64,000 nucleotides of DNA from an uncultured Flavobacteriaceae bacterium (GCA_913020475.1 CAJVZM010000001.1:18701-82700); one strand, 5' to 3'. Counted from the first letter of the stretch, positions 38,463-47,987 are shown. Notes: a model not told the origin generated them from the letters alone. Made by a program: numbers and translations.

Positions 38463-40037
38463 TTAGAAACATGCAATTTCAATGGCTTTATACCAAATCT
38501 CCATTTCTCTTTTTCCGTGAAGTTGAAGGCCTACTGGGCCAACTAAATTAGCGTTTTCAAGTGAATAGTCCATCACCTGTTTGTCGTTCAGCCAAACTCG
38601 GTAGCGGTTTTCGATGGCTTCTACTTCCATTTTGTTCCAATCGTCTTGTTTGAGTAGTTCCTTAACCAACATTGCTTCTTTGGGATAGCCCTGCTTTGGA
38701 ATGTAGGGTGAAGCTGTCATGTCCCTTTTGAGTGATCCTGAAATTCCAATTTGGACTTGTGGATTACGGGGATTGTCACCACGTATAAAAATCCCTGAAT
38801 CCACAGTTCCGGAGCCAAACTTAAACTTTAACCGAATACGAAAATTATCAAACTTGTCTTTGGTCCAAAGCGTTGATCCTTTTTGTTTAGGACCGCTTTT
38901 GACTTTTAATATTTTATCCTCAATAGACCACCATATATTGTTTTCAGGAATTATCCATTTGGAGAGGTCCTTCCCGTCAAAATAACTTTTATATTTAGAG
39001 CTCACTAATGAAAATTTATTGATATCGTTAGGACCTAAAACCGATCCGTTGTGTATCAACATTCGATAGTGAAAACTTACAGATTCTCCTTCTTTTAGAG
39101 CAAAGTTTAAGACTTCTTTACCTTTAGAGAAAACTTCTTGCCCCAGTGGGTTGGCTGCGAAAAGTCCGTAGTCTCTTGCATGCCAATAGGTTGGATATCC
39201 CACATTGTTAGGGTTATCCATAATGGTTATGGAAACTGCTTCTCCATCTATTGTACTGAAGAGTTTTACCCATTCGGCACGGGTTCCCCAAACGTCATTT
39301 CCCTCCAACCCTTCACTACTAAGGTAATTCCCGTTAACTCCGGTATTGTCCAATACTTTTACCTCTGTGGGATTGCCTTGTGCATCAACAAAAATCGCAG
39401 GTTTTTTAGAGGGTAATTCCATAGCGCGGGTTACTCGAACCCCAAAAAATCCTTCCTTGTTGTCCTTGAAAGAAATGTCTTGTAGGGCAGTGAGAGTGGT
39501 GTATCGATCAACAATCCTTGTGTTTCCTTTTTGTGAGAATTTAAAAACTGTTATTTCTTTTAACATGGATTCACCCGAAGTACTTTGCCAGGCGCTTTTC
39601 GTGGTAAGGCTGCCTTCCACTTGATTTATTTTTACAATTTCACTGTGAACAATCTTTCCGTAGTCTTTCAGTTTTTCTCTTGCAATGGCATCGGAGTTGT
39701 TCCAAAAGTCCAAACCATTAACGTCACCATAGTTTAACCAATGTCCCATATGATGAGGGTGGTCAACTCGCTCCCCCGGTTGAGGGTCAATAGGAAAACC
39801 TCTGGTAAGTGTTTTTCCACTGGTAGTAACCAAAGGAAAGAGAACTGGTTTTGGCAATGAAGCTTTATAATGGTAACTGGTGAATGGCTTTCCATTGAGT
39901 TGTACGTCAACTTTTTGGCCAGCTGTATCGTTTACAAAAACAACCGAAGCAGGTTCTGCTTCGGTTGTTCTGGATTGATCATTGCATGACATCGAATAGA
40001 TGCAAAAAGTACTTATTAAAAAAAAAGATCGAATCAT
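38463..40037 (-). CDS. Fusion lipoprotein: DUF6807 (PmoA-like) domain plus C-terminal DUF1080 domain
   Basis: 524 aa with lipobox YSMSC. The N-terminal part has ERVDHPHHMGHWLNYGDVNGLDFWNN (the DUF6807/PmoA-like hallmark). The C-terminal ~190 aa start FDGKDLSKW and end EIWYKAIEI (DUF1080 frame). Confidence 0.65.
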   Translation of the reverse strand: MIRSFFLISTFCIYSMSCNDQSRTTEAEPASVVFVNDTAGQKVDVQLNGKPFTSYHYKASLPKPVLFPLVTTSGKTLTRGFPIDPQPGERVDHPHHMGHWLNYGDVNGLDFWNNSDAIAREKLKDYGKIVHSEIVKINQVEGSLTTKSAWQSTSGESMLKEITVFKFSQKGNTRIVDRYTTLTALQDISFKDNKEGFFGVRVTRAMELPSKKPAIFVDAQGNPTEVKVLDNTGVNGNYLSSEGLEGNDVWGTRAEWVKLFSTIDGEAVSITIMDNPNNVGYPTYWHARDYGLFAANPLGQEVFSKGKEVLNFALKEGESVSFHYRMLIHNGSVLGPNDINKFSLVSSKYKSYFDGKDLSKWIIPENNIWWSIEDKILKVKSGPKQKGSTLWTKDKFDNFRIRLKFKFGSGTVDSGIFIRGDNPRNPQVQIGISGSLKRDMTASPYIPKQGYPKEAMLVKELLKQDDWNKMEVEAIENRYRVWLNDKQVMDYSLENANLVGPVGLQLHGKREMEIWYKAIEIACF

Positions 40038-40044
40038 ACAATTA

Positions 40045-41427
40045 TTAATATTTAAATACTTTACCTCCTGCTAACACTTCCTGATTTTCCTCGTCAAAGG
40101 TAGCTTTTAGACCAGTTCTCATGGAGGCTGTGGTCATGATATTTGCTATTGAGTGGTTGTAACCTGCTTCAACCGGTGCATTTGTTTTTTCTCTTGAACG
40201 GACACATTCCAGCCAATTCAGCATGTGATTGGAAGTCATATTATCCACTCCCGTATTGGCAGAGGTAACCACCTTGGTGTCTAAATCAGATAAAGAGAAT
40301 TCTTTTAATTGATTGGGTTTCATTTTCATAGCCTTAGAATAGCGCTCTGTAAGTCCACCATTGGGTGTTACTTTGTTGGTTTTCATGTTTAATTCACCAC
40401 CGTTGGAATAATAAATTTCTTTAGTTCCTCCAGCAGAGTTAGTAAAGCGAGATGAATATACCACTTGGAAACCGGAGTTTATGTCATCCAAGGGGCCGTA
40501 ATCAAATACTGCCGTCATGGTATCAAAGTTGGATCGTCCATCTTTCCAAAGGTAGATACCTCCGTTGGCAGCAACACTTCTTGGGTGTGCCAAATCTGTA
40601 AACCAATGAACGGTATCTATTTGGTGTGCCATCCACTGTCCTGGAATACCAGAAGACAAGGGCCAGAACAATCGATATTCTAAATACTTTCTAGGATCCC
40701 ATTTTTGATAGGGTCGGTTCATCAAATATCTTTTCCAATCTACATCAGATTCCTTTATGTCACTTACTTTATTGGGATATACTCTCCATCTTCCAGGTTG
40801 ATTGACGTTCCAAGTCATTTCTACCATTACCAAGTCTCCAAAAGCGCCAGATTTGATGTATTTGTCGGCAGCATGATAGTTTTTTCCGCTTCTTCGTTGT
40901 GATCCAACCTGAAGAACAATGTCAGCATCATTTGCAGCTTTTCTACCCAATCTGGCATCTTCCATGGTTTCGGCAAAAGGCTTTTCTACATATACATCCT
41001 TTTTGGCGTTGGCGGCTTGAACGGTATGAAGGGCATGTTGGAAGTCGGCAGTTGAAATGATCACAGCATCAATTTGATTTTTGTCATACATTTCCTCATT
41101 GTTTCTCCATGTTTCGATCTTGTTACCAGTTGTTTTTTCTAAAAATGCTTTTCCCTCGTCTCTTCTTCTATTCCAAATATCAGAAACACCTACAATCTGG
41201 CAGTTTTGTTGTTTTGTATGCCCTTGAAAAGCGGGAATAAGTGAACCTTTGGCTCGACTTGAAAATCCTACGATTCCTACATTTAGGCGATCATTGGAGC
41301 CAATTATTCTTCTGTAACTTTGGGAACTCATCGAACTACTGGCAGCACTGACCCCGCTTACTCCAGCGATTACCCCAGCAGAGACTAATGAGGCGTCTTT
41401 GATAAATTTCCTTCTGTTTAAATCCAT
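40045..41427 (-). CDS. Tat-exported Gfo/Idh/MocA family oxidoreductase
   Basis: 460 aa with twin-arginine signal MDLNRRKFIKDASLVSAGVIAG. It has the Rossmann start LNVGIVGFSSRA and the EKP motif (VYVEKPFA). Confidence 0.8.
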   Translation of the reverse strand: MDLNRRKFIKDASLVSAGVIAGVSGVSAASSSMSSQSYRRIIGSNDRLNVGIVGFSSRAKGSLIPAFQGHTKQQNCQIVGVSDIWNRRRDEGKAFLEKTTGNKIETWRNNEEMYDKNQIDAVIISTADFQHALHTVQAANAKKDVYVEKPFAETMEDARLGRKAANDADIVLQVGSQRRSGKNYHAADKYIKSGAFGDLVMVEMTWNVNQPGRWRVYPNKVSDIKESDVDWKRYLMNRPYQKWDPRKYLEYRLFWPLSSGIPGQWMAHQIDTVHWFTDLAHPRSVAANGGIYLWKDGRSNFDTMTAVFDYGPLDDINSGFQVVYSSRFTNSAGGTKEIYYSNGGELNMKTNKVTPNGGLTERYSKAMKMKPNQLKEFSLSDLDTKVVTSANTGVDNMTSNHMLNWLECVRSREKTNAPVEAGYNHSIANIMTTASMRTGLKATFDEENQEVLAGGKVFKY

Positions 41428-41461
41428 AATCTATGTTAGTTAAAGTTTAATGTGCATTTTA

Positions 41462-41474
41462 GTGTGCGTACACG
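41462..41474 (-). promoter_or_regulatory. PUL box copy a: GTGTGCGTACACG (gene-oriented CGTGTACGCACAC), candidate operator or leader element
   Basis: It lies in the 128-bp gap upstream of the Gfo/Idh/MocA gene, 10 nt downstream (minus strand) of the TATTTTTG box. The 13-mer is identical to the one at 47975-47987. Confidence 0.5.
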
Positions 41475-41484
41475 AACGCATTTC

Positions 41485-41492
41485 CAAAAATA
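41485..41492 (-). promoter_or_regulatory. Candidate -7 promoter box (TATTTTTG on the minus strand)
   Basis: Plus-strand CAAAAATA is the reverse complement of TATTTTTG, which fits TAnnTTTG. It lies 57 nt upstream of the ATG at 41427. Confidence 0.4.
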
Positions 41493-41555
41493 AAGTTTTT
41501 TTTGAATATTGCTACTTATTTAAGATTTTAAATGTTAGCTGTTAAAAAAATCAAA

Positions 41556-43436
41556 TTACCTTACTTTATTCATAGTCCCATTTAGAACATTTAATCCATG
41601 ATTGAGAACCCTAACAACGTACTTATTGGGGTCACTATTGATTTGATTTTTAGCGGGGACCTCCAAAGTTCGGAGTGCATCTTGAAAATCATCCAAAACC
41701 AAAGCAGCTTGTAATCGGGTCCACTCGTTTTCTGCCTCTAATCCTTGAGATAATATTTTTAATATTTCATTTGATGATGAGCGATGCTTAAGTAGTGCTC
41801 TGGCGGCACTAATACTTACATTAATAATAGAGTCATTAAGTCTTTGTTTCAAGCGTTGACTGGTCCTTTTTTTTATTTTTTTATCCAAATTGTAAATGCC
41901 TTGTCCTGCCCAATATCGAACGGCTTCGTTAGGGTGGGTAAGCCCATCAAACAAGGTCTTTTCATCCGCTGTTGAGGACATCAGTAGCAAGTCATCATAA
42001 AAATACTCTTGAGCTCTAATCCATTCATAAATAGATTGATTGTTCTTTTCTTCCCACCGCCTCATTATGGCCTCGGGTATCAAGCCTACATCCAAAACAT
42101 TTTTCATCCATTTGTCGTGTTCGGACCGGAGTCTAGTTAGCACCTCTTTCATCTTGGGATCATTGGCCAAGTCATTGAATTCCATTGGATCTTTTTGTAA
42201 GTCAAATAAGGATTCAGTAGGCTTGGTTGTAGCCAACAATTGTTGCCCTACTGGCTTTAATGACCCTGCTATTTCAGCCTTTCTAAGTTCTGCCATCATA
42301 GGTCCTCCCTCTGGGGTATTCATGAATTGAATAAAAGGTTTTTTGGGCTCGTAATACCGCAGGTACTTATAACGTTTACTTCTTACTCCTCTTTGGATGT
42401 CATAGCGTTCATCCATTCTACCTCTAGCCAAATAAACATACTCTCTTTCCGCTTTTTGTTTTTCTCCAAGAAAAACTTTCCCTTGCATGGTTTTCGGAAT
42501 TTCTGCTCCAGCCAACTTAATGATAGTGGGAGCTAAGTCAATAAAACTGACCAATTGATTTACCTCGCTTCCTGGTTGGGCGGGATACAGTTCTTTGAAT
42601 TTTTCTGGAATATATATGATAAAAGGAACTTTTACCCCCGTATCAAAGAGCCATCTTTTGTGTCTGGGCAATCCGGTTCCATGATCGGAGTAAAAAAATA
42701 CGATGGTATTTTCACTTTCCCCGGCAGCATCGAGTTCACCGAGTATCTTTTCAACCACTGCATCCATAGTTGCTATATTGTCATAATGTCGGGTTAGTAG
42801 TGCTCTTGTTTCGGGCGTATCTGGAAAGTAGGGAGGGACCACTATTTTACTGGAGTCTGTCCTTAAGTGATTGGGAAGATCTTTGGTCAGTCGCTCGTGT
42901 TTATCTTTATCGTTTATGCAACTTTCGTGAGTCATGATTAAGTTAAAAATTGAAAAGAAAGGGGTACTATTATTAGGTCGGTTTTTCCAGTGAGCCGTTT
43001 TACTCGATTCGTCCCATATTTTCCTTTTCAAATTAAAGTTATAATCCTCTTTGGTGTTGTTGGTACAATAATAACCAGACTTTCTCAATACCTCAGGATA
43101 GAGTTTTACCTCATCTGGAATTCTTCCTGTACTTTTCATAGCATTAGAGAAAGACCGCATATGCAGCGTTCCTAAAGAGGAGGGATACATTCCAGTGACG
43201 ATGGCGTTTCGTGCCGGAGCACAAACGGGCGCATTGGCAATGGCATTATTGTATAAAAATCCCTTTGAGGCTAGAGCATCCAATGAAGGGGTGTAGGCAA
43301 GGGAATCTCCATAACATCCAAGATTAGTGCTAATGTCTTCAACGGTAATCCACAATATGTTGGGTGGGGGAGATGAGACCTCTTGGCAACCGTTAAGCCC
43401 CAAAAATAACATTAAGGCAATTATATTTCCATTCAT
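41556..43436 (-). CDS. S1 sulfatase with C-terminal HEAT-like repeat extension, lipoprotein
   Basis: 626 aa with lipobox GLNGC. NILWITVEDIS and the formylglycine motif CAPARNAIVTG are present. The C-terminal ~170 aa (HPNEAVRYWAGQG..., SISAARALL, NEWTRLQAALVL) look like HEAT/armadillo repeats. Confidence 0.8.
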   Translation of the reverse strand: MNGNIIALMLFLGLNGCQEVSSPPPNILWITVEDISTNLGCYGDSLAYTPSLDALASKGFLYNNAIANAPVCAPARNAIVTGMYPSSLGTLHMRSFSNAMKSTGRIPDEVKLYPEVLRKSGYYCTNNTKEDYNFNLKRKIWDESSKTAHWKNRPNNSTPFFSIFNLIMTHESCINDKDKHERLTKDLPNHLRTDSSKIVVPPYFPDTPETRALLTRHYDNIATMDAVVEKILGELDAAGESENTIVFFYSDHGTGLPRHKRWLFDTGVKVPFIIYIPEKFKELYPAQPGSEVNQLVSFIDLAPTIIKLAGAEIPKTMQGKVFLGEKQKAEREYVYLARGRMDERYDIQRGVRSKRYKYLRYYEPKKPFIQFMNTPEGGPMMAELRKAEIAGSLKPVGQQLLATTKPTESLFDLQKDPMEFNDLANDPKMKEVLTRLRSEHDKWMKNVLDVGLIPEAIMRRWEEKNNQSIYEWIRAQEYFYDDLLLMSSTADEKTLFDGLTHPNEAVRYWAGQGIYNLDKKIKKRTSQRLKQRLNDSIINVSISAARALLKHRSSSNEILKILSQGLEAENEWTRLQAALVLDDFQDALRTLEVPAKNQINSDPNKYVVRVLNHGLNVLNGTMNKVR

Positions 43437-43437
43437 T

Positions 43438-45000
43438 TTAATTAGATGATAAGTTATTCAATATTACTTCAACCATTTCATCATTGGTAATCTTAAAATT
43501 TTTAACATCTTTAACAACGATCTGTTTGGGGTATCCTTCCCCTTTAATCTTAATGTCCGTTAATTCAGAATTTTTAACATCATCCATCACAATAGACGGT
43601 CTGTAATCCTTTTCTTCTGCTTCAAGACTTATGTTTTTTAGTTTGAGTCCTGAAACATGTCTAACGTATAGTCCCCAGGCTGGCAATTCACCAAACATAC
43701 TGAATTCTGGATAACTTTCTTTTTTTTCAGGGACTCCATCCATTCGCCAGGTAGGCATATTGGCATAGGCTTGATTCCCTCCCCCAGGATATCTGATGAT
43801 TACATTTTCAATACTGATATTTTTTACATCGTATCCTGGAATGCCCGTAATCGAAGATGGGAATATATTGTGAAAGAAAGGCAACATGGGGCCTCTTATT
43901 TCATAATCTTTATCGGGAATTCCTTTGGGAACGCTAACATCAATATTTTTGATCTCCACATTTTTCAAACTTCCCACAGCACCAGGTGCGTTTCGGTTTC
44001 CCAATTTTATAAAAATAGCATTTCCAGTGTTGATTGCTTTGATATTCCTAACTTTTACACCGTCAACAAATCCTCCGTCTACTGCCTCTATGGCAATTGC
44101 AGACCGATAGGTATCATAAATTTCTAGGTTTTCTAACTCAATGTTTTTGAATCCACCGTGTGATGCGGTTCCAAATTTTACGGCACTTGCACTGGATCTG
44201 ACTCTACAGTTGGAAACATAAATGTTTTCACAATAGGAGAACTTGTGATGTGATTTAAAACATATGGCATCATCAGCGGCATTGATATCGCTGTTGGTTA
44301 TTCGCACATTTTTACTGTCCACCAAATCTATTCCGTCATTATTCCAATACACATCGCTTTCCAATTTTATTTGATCAATTTCTACCGAGTCACATAGCTC
44401 AATTTTTGTAACCCATTCTGCGCCATTTTTTAGAGTTACGCCTTTAATCTGAATATTTTTTGATTGATTAAAAAAAATAAGGTTAGGCCTTCCTCCTTCG
44501 TTTGGTCTTTTCCTTCTTTCATTATAGCTCCTGGAGATTTTGAAATAATCTTGAGGATTACTATAATAAAGACTGTCCAAAGCTAAAGCTAAATATCCTC
44601 CTTGGCCATTTACAGTGCCAAAGCCGGTAAGCTTGATATTATTCCTAAAATGAGCACTTATTAATGCAGTGTTGTGTCGTGTCATAAGGGTGTCTTTTGA
44701 GACTACTTTTTTGTAATCAAAAGGATTTTTGCTACCCAATAAAACGGCTTCTGCTTCAAAAAAAAGTTCGATATCATCCTTAAGTTCAATACTTCCACTG
44801 AGAAACTCTCCAGCAGGAAATATAATTTTCCCTCCACCTTTATCACTCACCTGGTCAATCAAATTTTGTATGGCCGTGGTATTTAGTGTTTTCGCATCTC
44901 CAATTATTCCATAATCGGTCACCACATATTCAGATCTGATGGAGCTAATAAATGATGATAAAATCAATAAAAGGCTTAGAAAGATTATTCTTGAATTCAA
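43438..45000 (-). CDS. GH28-like glycoside hydrolase (parallel beta-helix)
   Basis: 520 aa with a signal peptide. It has VTDYGIIGDAKTLNTTAIQNLID, then the GH28 motif series NNDGIDL, ADDAICFKS, GTASHGG and RSAIAIE. Confidence 0.75.
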   Translation of the reverse strand: MNSRIIFLSLLLILSSFISSIRSEYVVTDYGIIGDAKTLNTTAIQNLIDQVSDKGGGKIIFPAGEFLSGSIELKDDIELFFEAEAVLLGSKNPFDYKKVVSKDTLMTRHNTALISAHFRNNIKLTGFGTVNGQGGYLALALDSLYYSNPQDYFKISRSYNERRKRPNEGGRPNLIFFNQSKNIQIKGVTLKNGAEWVTKIELCDSVEIDQIKLESDVYWNNDGIDLVDSKNVRITNSDINAADDAICFKSHHKFSYCENIYVSNCRVRSSASAVKFGTASHGGFKNIELENLEIYDTYRSAIAIEAVDGGFVDGVKVRNIKAINTGNAIFIKLGNRNAPGAVGSLKNVEIKNIDVSVPKGIPDKDYEIRGPMLPFFHNIFPSSITGIPGYDVKNISIENVIIRYPGGGNQAYANMPTWRMDGVPEKKESYPEFSMFGELPAWGLYVRHVSGLKLKNISLEAEEKDYRPSIVMDDVKNSELTDIKIKGEGYPKQIVVKDVKNFKITNDEMVEVILNNLSSN

Positions 45001-45018
45001 TTCTTTAAATTTTATTGG

Positions 45019-46569
45019 TTATTCAATTCCGTATTGTTTAGCCCATTCGGAATAATATTTTTTAAATTCTTCAACCTTCTCAGGTTCCTCTAGCACTAAA
45101 TTTCTCCCCTCAACAGGATCTTTTTTCAAATTGTACAACTCCCACTCCCCCTTGTAAGCCACTAATTTCCAGTTGCCATCCCTAACAGCCTTTCCATGTT
45201 GCCATTGCCAAAATAGAGGTTCCTTTCTTATGACGAGAGGCTCACCAACCATCTGTGGTAAAAAACTTTTTCCAGGGCTAGCAAAAATGACATCATTATT
45301 TAGCATCTTTGGGTAATCTGCTCCAGCAATCTCTTGGAGGGTAGGGAGGAAGTCAATAAAATGGACTACTTGATGAGTAACCGATCCCTTATTTTTGATT
45401 TTCTCTGGCCAATATGCAATTAGTGGAGTTTTGATTCCTCCTTCATGGCTCCAGTTTTTGTATTCTCTATATGGTGTATTACTTACATTAGCCCAATTTT
45501 TCCCCAGTGACTTCCAATTAGTCAATGTACCGATTTTCCCATACCCTCCCGGTAAATTAACGACTTCACTGGATCCACCATTATCGGAAGTAAAAAGAAT
45601 AAGCGTGTTGTTCAGTTTTCCTACTTGCTCTAATTTTGTTAGTATTCTACCGATGTTTTGATCCAATCGATCAATCATTGCTGCATATACAGCCATGGTT
45701 CTACTTTCTTTTGTTTTTTCCGCAATACTTAAGCTTTCCCATTTGGTGTGTTTTGCATGGGAAAGCACTGTATTTTCGGGAAGAATACCCAAGCGTTTTT
45801 GCTTTTCAAATCTTTGCTTACGAATTGCTTCATAGCCCACACTATAACGTCCTCTATACTTTTCAATGTCCTCCGGCCAAGCCATCAAAGGGTCATGGGG
45901 GGCAGTGTAGGAAAGGTACAGAAAAAAAGGTTTTTCGGATTCGATTTGTTCCATCCAATTCAATGCATAATCGGTAAAAACATCGGTTGTATAAAAGTTT
46001 TTGGATTTGGGAGTGTAGGGATTGATAATTTCTCCTTCAATAACCCAATTGCGATAGCTGATGGGTTTTTTTGTTAGTCCTTTTTGGGCAGGTTGACCTT
46101 CCCCCTCTCTCTCTAAGCCAGGATTGAAGTGATTAGATGCACCATCTAACAGCCCACTGTAGTGGTCAAACCCTCGAAAGACCGGATTTTCTGTACTGTG
46201 ATGTTTACCTGACCAAAGAGTTGTATATCCCTCCGATTGAAATAATTCTCCCAATGTAATGGCATTACGAAGGGGTTGACTAAAGCTCTTGTGATATCCC
46301 GTTTGTTGAGAATACAATCCAGTGAGTATTGTTGCTCGTGAAGGAAAACACTTAGAGGTATTGTAGGCATTGGTAAATCGAACTCCCTCAAAAGCCAAAC
46401 GGTCGATGTTGGGTGTTGATATTTCACTACCATATGCTCCCAAATCTGAATAGCCCATATCATCGACCAAAATCAATATGACGTTGGGGCGATTATCTAT
46501 ACTTGGTGATCTTTGACAATTGGATAGAGTGGTAAAAAGAATTAAAAAAAATAATAATCTATAACTCAC
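45019..46569 (-). CDS. Arylsulfatase-type S1 sulfatase, lipoprotein
   Basis: 516 aa with lipobox LSNC. NVILILVDDMGYSDLG, CFPSRATILTG, GKHH and SDNGG are present. Confidence 0.85.
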   Translation of the reverse strand: MSYRLLFFLILFTTLSNCQRSPSIDNRPNVILILVDDMGYSDLGAYGSEISTPNIDRLAFEGVRFTNAYNTSKCFPSRATILTGLYSQQTGYHKSFSQPLRNAITLGELFQSEGYTTLWSGKHHSTENPVFRGFDHYSGLLDGASNHFNPGLEREGEGQPAQKGLTKKPISYRNWVIEGEIINPYTPKSKNFYTTDVFTDYALNWMEQIESEKPFFLYLSYTAPHDPLMAWPEDIEKYRGRYSVGYEAIRKQRFEKQKRLGILPENTVLSHAKHTKWESLSIAEKTKESRTMAVYAAMIDRLDQNIGRILTKLEQVGKLNNTLILFTSDNGGSSEVVNLPGGYGKIGTLTNWKSLGKNWANVSNTPYREYKNWSHEGGIKTPLIAYWPEKIKNKGSVTHQVVHFIDFLPTLQEIAGADYPKMLNNDVIFASPGKSFLPQMVGEPLVIRKEPLFWQWQHGKAVRDGNWKLVAYKGEWELYNLKKDPVEGRNLVLEEPEKVEEFKKYYSEWAKQYGIE

Positions 46570-47953
46570 GTATCTTAATGTTTTTGAACTTTACGTCTCC
46601 TGGACTGTGATCTTGAAGTAATATTCTCCCACTACTTCCCACTCCAAAGCCACTGTGATTTGCATATTTACTTTTTTTGATCAGATTTTTCATCGATTGG
46701 GAATACCGATTGTATTCGACAACTTTAATATTGTTGATCCAGTGTTGGACGTTTCCACCATTTACAACAATTCTAACTTTGTTCCATCGATCAGCGCCAT
46801 TGGCTCTTATGTCTTCGCGATTAGCCTCAGATAGGTTTTCGGCTGCAATTAGATCATAAAGAGATCCTATGGTTCTGTTGCCGTCAACTCCTTTGTGATA
46901 ATCGGGATGGTCCTTGTCAAGTAACTGAAACTCTAATCCAATACCTCTGCCATCCCCTTTAGTCAATGCATCTACAAAGTATTTGACACCACTATTACCA
47001 CCTTTCTTTAACATTACGTCAACCTCCAATTCAAAATTGTCAAATTTTTCCTGGGTAACAATATCTCCAGCTTTTTTATAATCTTTCGATTCTTCATGCT
47101 TTAAAAAGAGTATAGTTCCATCAACAATTTCTATCCCGTGTTTTGGGAAATTTTCAGATTTGGCTCCTTTCCAGCCCCTGGTAGTTTTCCCATCCCAAAG
47201 CAACCTCCAACCTTTTTTCACTTCCTCAAGGGTAAGTGTATTGGTCAAATAGCTGACTTGCCTCGCGTGTGGTTGATTTTTTGATCTGTATTGCTCCGGA
47301 TTTTCTGTAATAATTCTGATATTTTTCCATTGAATGGTCTTCCCTTCTTGATCCTTGTCTTTAATAGAGTGGACTTGTAGGGCGATAAACCCCCTTTGTG
47401 TCATGTCGTCAACAAGGTTGGCACATTGAACCCCGTTCAGGAAAGTTTTGATTGTGTTGCCAATGGCTTCAATTCTCACCTTATTCCATTCACCATTATT
47501 AAAAGCAGCGCTTCCTTTGGAGTTGATGGTTAGGGGATATAGCCAACCTCTGCGTGCTTCGTCAAAAATTCCTGCTGACCATGCTCTCTCACTTGTATCC
47601 AGTTCGGACTGATATCCGTGCACACGACCATCTTTAAATTCCTTCATCGAGTTAGATCTAAATTGGATTCCGGAATTCAATCCCGGCGCAACCAATACTT
47701 CCAGTTCTAGGATAAAATCACTATAATATTCTTTAGTACACAAAAAAGTATTTGGCGTCCCGATTTGGGAGGTACCAACAATGGTGTTTTTGACTATTTG
47801 GTATTTAGCGGTTCCATTTTTCACCTCCCAATCTTTCAAATCTTTCCCATTAAAAAGGGATTTCCATGGAGTTTGAGAGCTTGTATTAGAACATAAAAAT
47901 AAAGCCAATGATAGGATGAACAATTGACTAAAAAAGTTAAATTTGGTTTTCAT
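46559..47953 (-). CDS. Tandem DUF1080 (two 3-keto-disaccharide-hydrolase-like domains) secreted protein
   Basis: I place the start at the ATG at 47953 (MKTKFNFFSQLFILSLALFLCS). The 18-codon extension in the track reads through the promoter and PUL box. There are two repeats: FNGKDLKDWEV...IQWKNIRI and LWDGKTTRGWKG...VKFKNIKI. Confidence 0.7.
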   Translation of the reverse strand: MKTKFNFFSQLFILSLALFLCSNTSSQTPWKSLFNGKDLKDWEVKNGTAKYQIVKNTIVGTSQIGTPNTFLCTKEYYSDFILELEVLVAPGLNSGIQFRSNSMKEFKDGRVHGYQSELDTSERAWSAGIFDEARRGWLYPLTINSKGSAAFNNGEWNKVRIEAIGNTIKTFLNGVQCANLVDDMTQRGFIALQVHSIKDKDQEGKTIQWKNIRIITENPEQYRSKNQPHARQVSYLTNTLTLEEVKKGWRLLWDGKTTRGWKGAKSENFPKHGIEIVDGTILFLKHEESKDYKKAGDIVTQEKFDNFELEVDVMLKKGGNSGVKYFVDALTKGDGRGIGLEFQLLDKDHPDYHKGVDGNRTIGSLYDLIAAENLSEANREDIRANGADRWNKVRIVVNGGNVQHWINNIKVVEYNRYSQSMKNLIKKSKYANHSGFGVGSSGRILLQDHSPGDVKFKNIKIREL

Positions 47954-47974
47954 TATACAACTAATTAAGGTTTT

Positions 47975-47987
47975 GTGTGCGTACACG
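47975..47987. promoter_or_regulatory. PUL box copy b: GTGTGCGTACACG in the divergent promoter region
   Basis: It lies in the 82-bp gap between divergent operons (ATG 47953 minus, GTG 48036 plus). It abuts the minus-strand TACATTTG box and overlaps a plus-strand TAAGGTTTTG near-box. Confidence 0.5.

Noticed and set aside
38463-40037. The PmoA-like domain as evidence for methane or ammonia monooxygenase.
   Set aside because: The protein is a soluble lipoprotein without the transmembrane helices of PmoA. No pmoB or pmoC genes are present. DUF6807 shares only a family name with PmoA.
43438-45000. GH28 taken as a sign that the locus is a pectin or rhamnogalacturonan PUL.
   Set aside because: No pectate or rhamnogalacturonan lyases, CE8/CE12 esterases, or GH105/GH88 genes are present. 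Six sulfatases dominate the locus, so land-plant pectin is an unlikely substrate.
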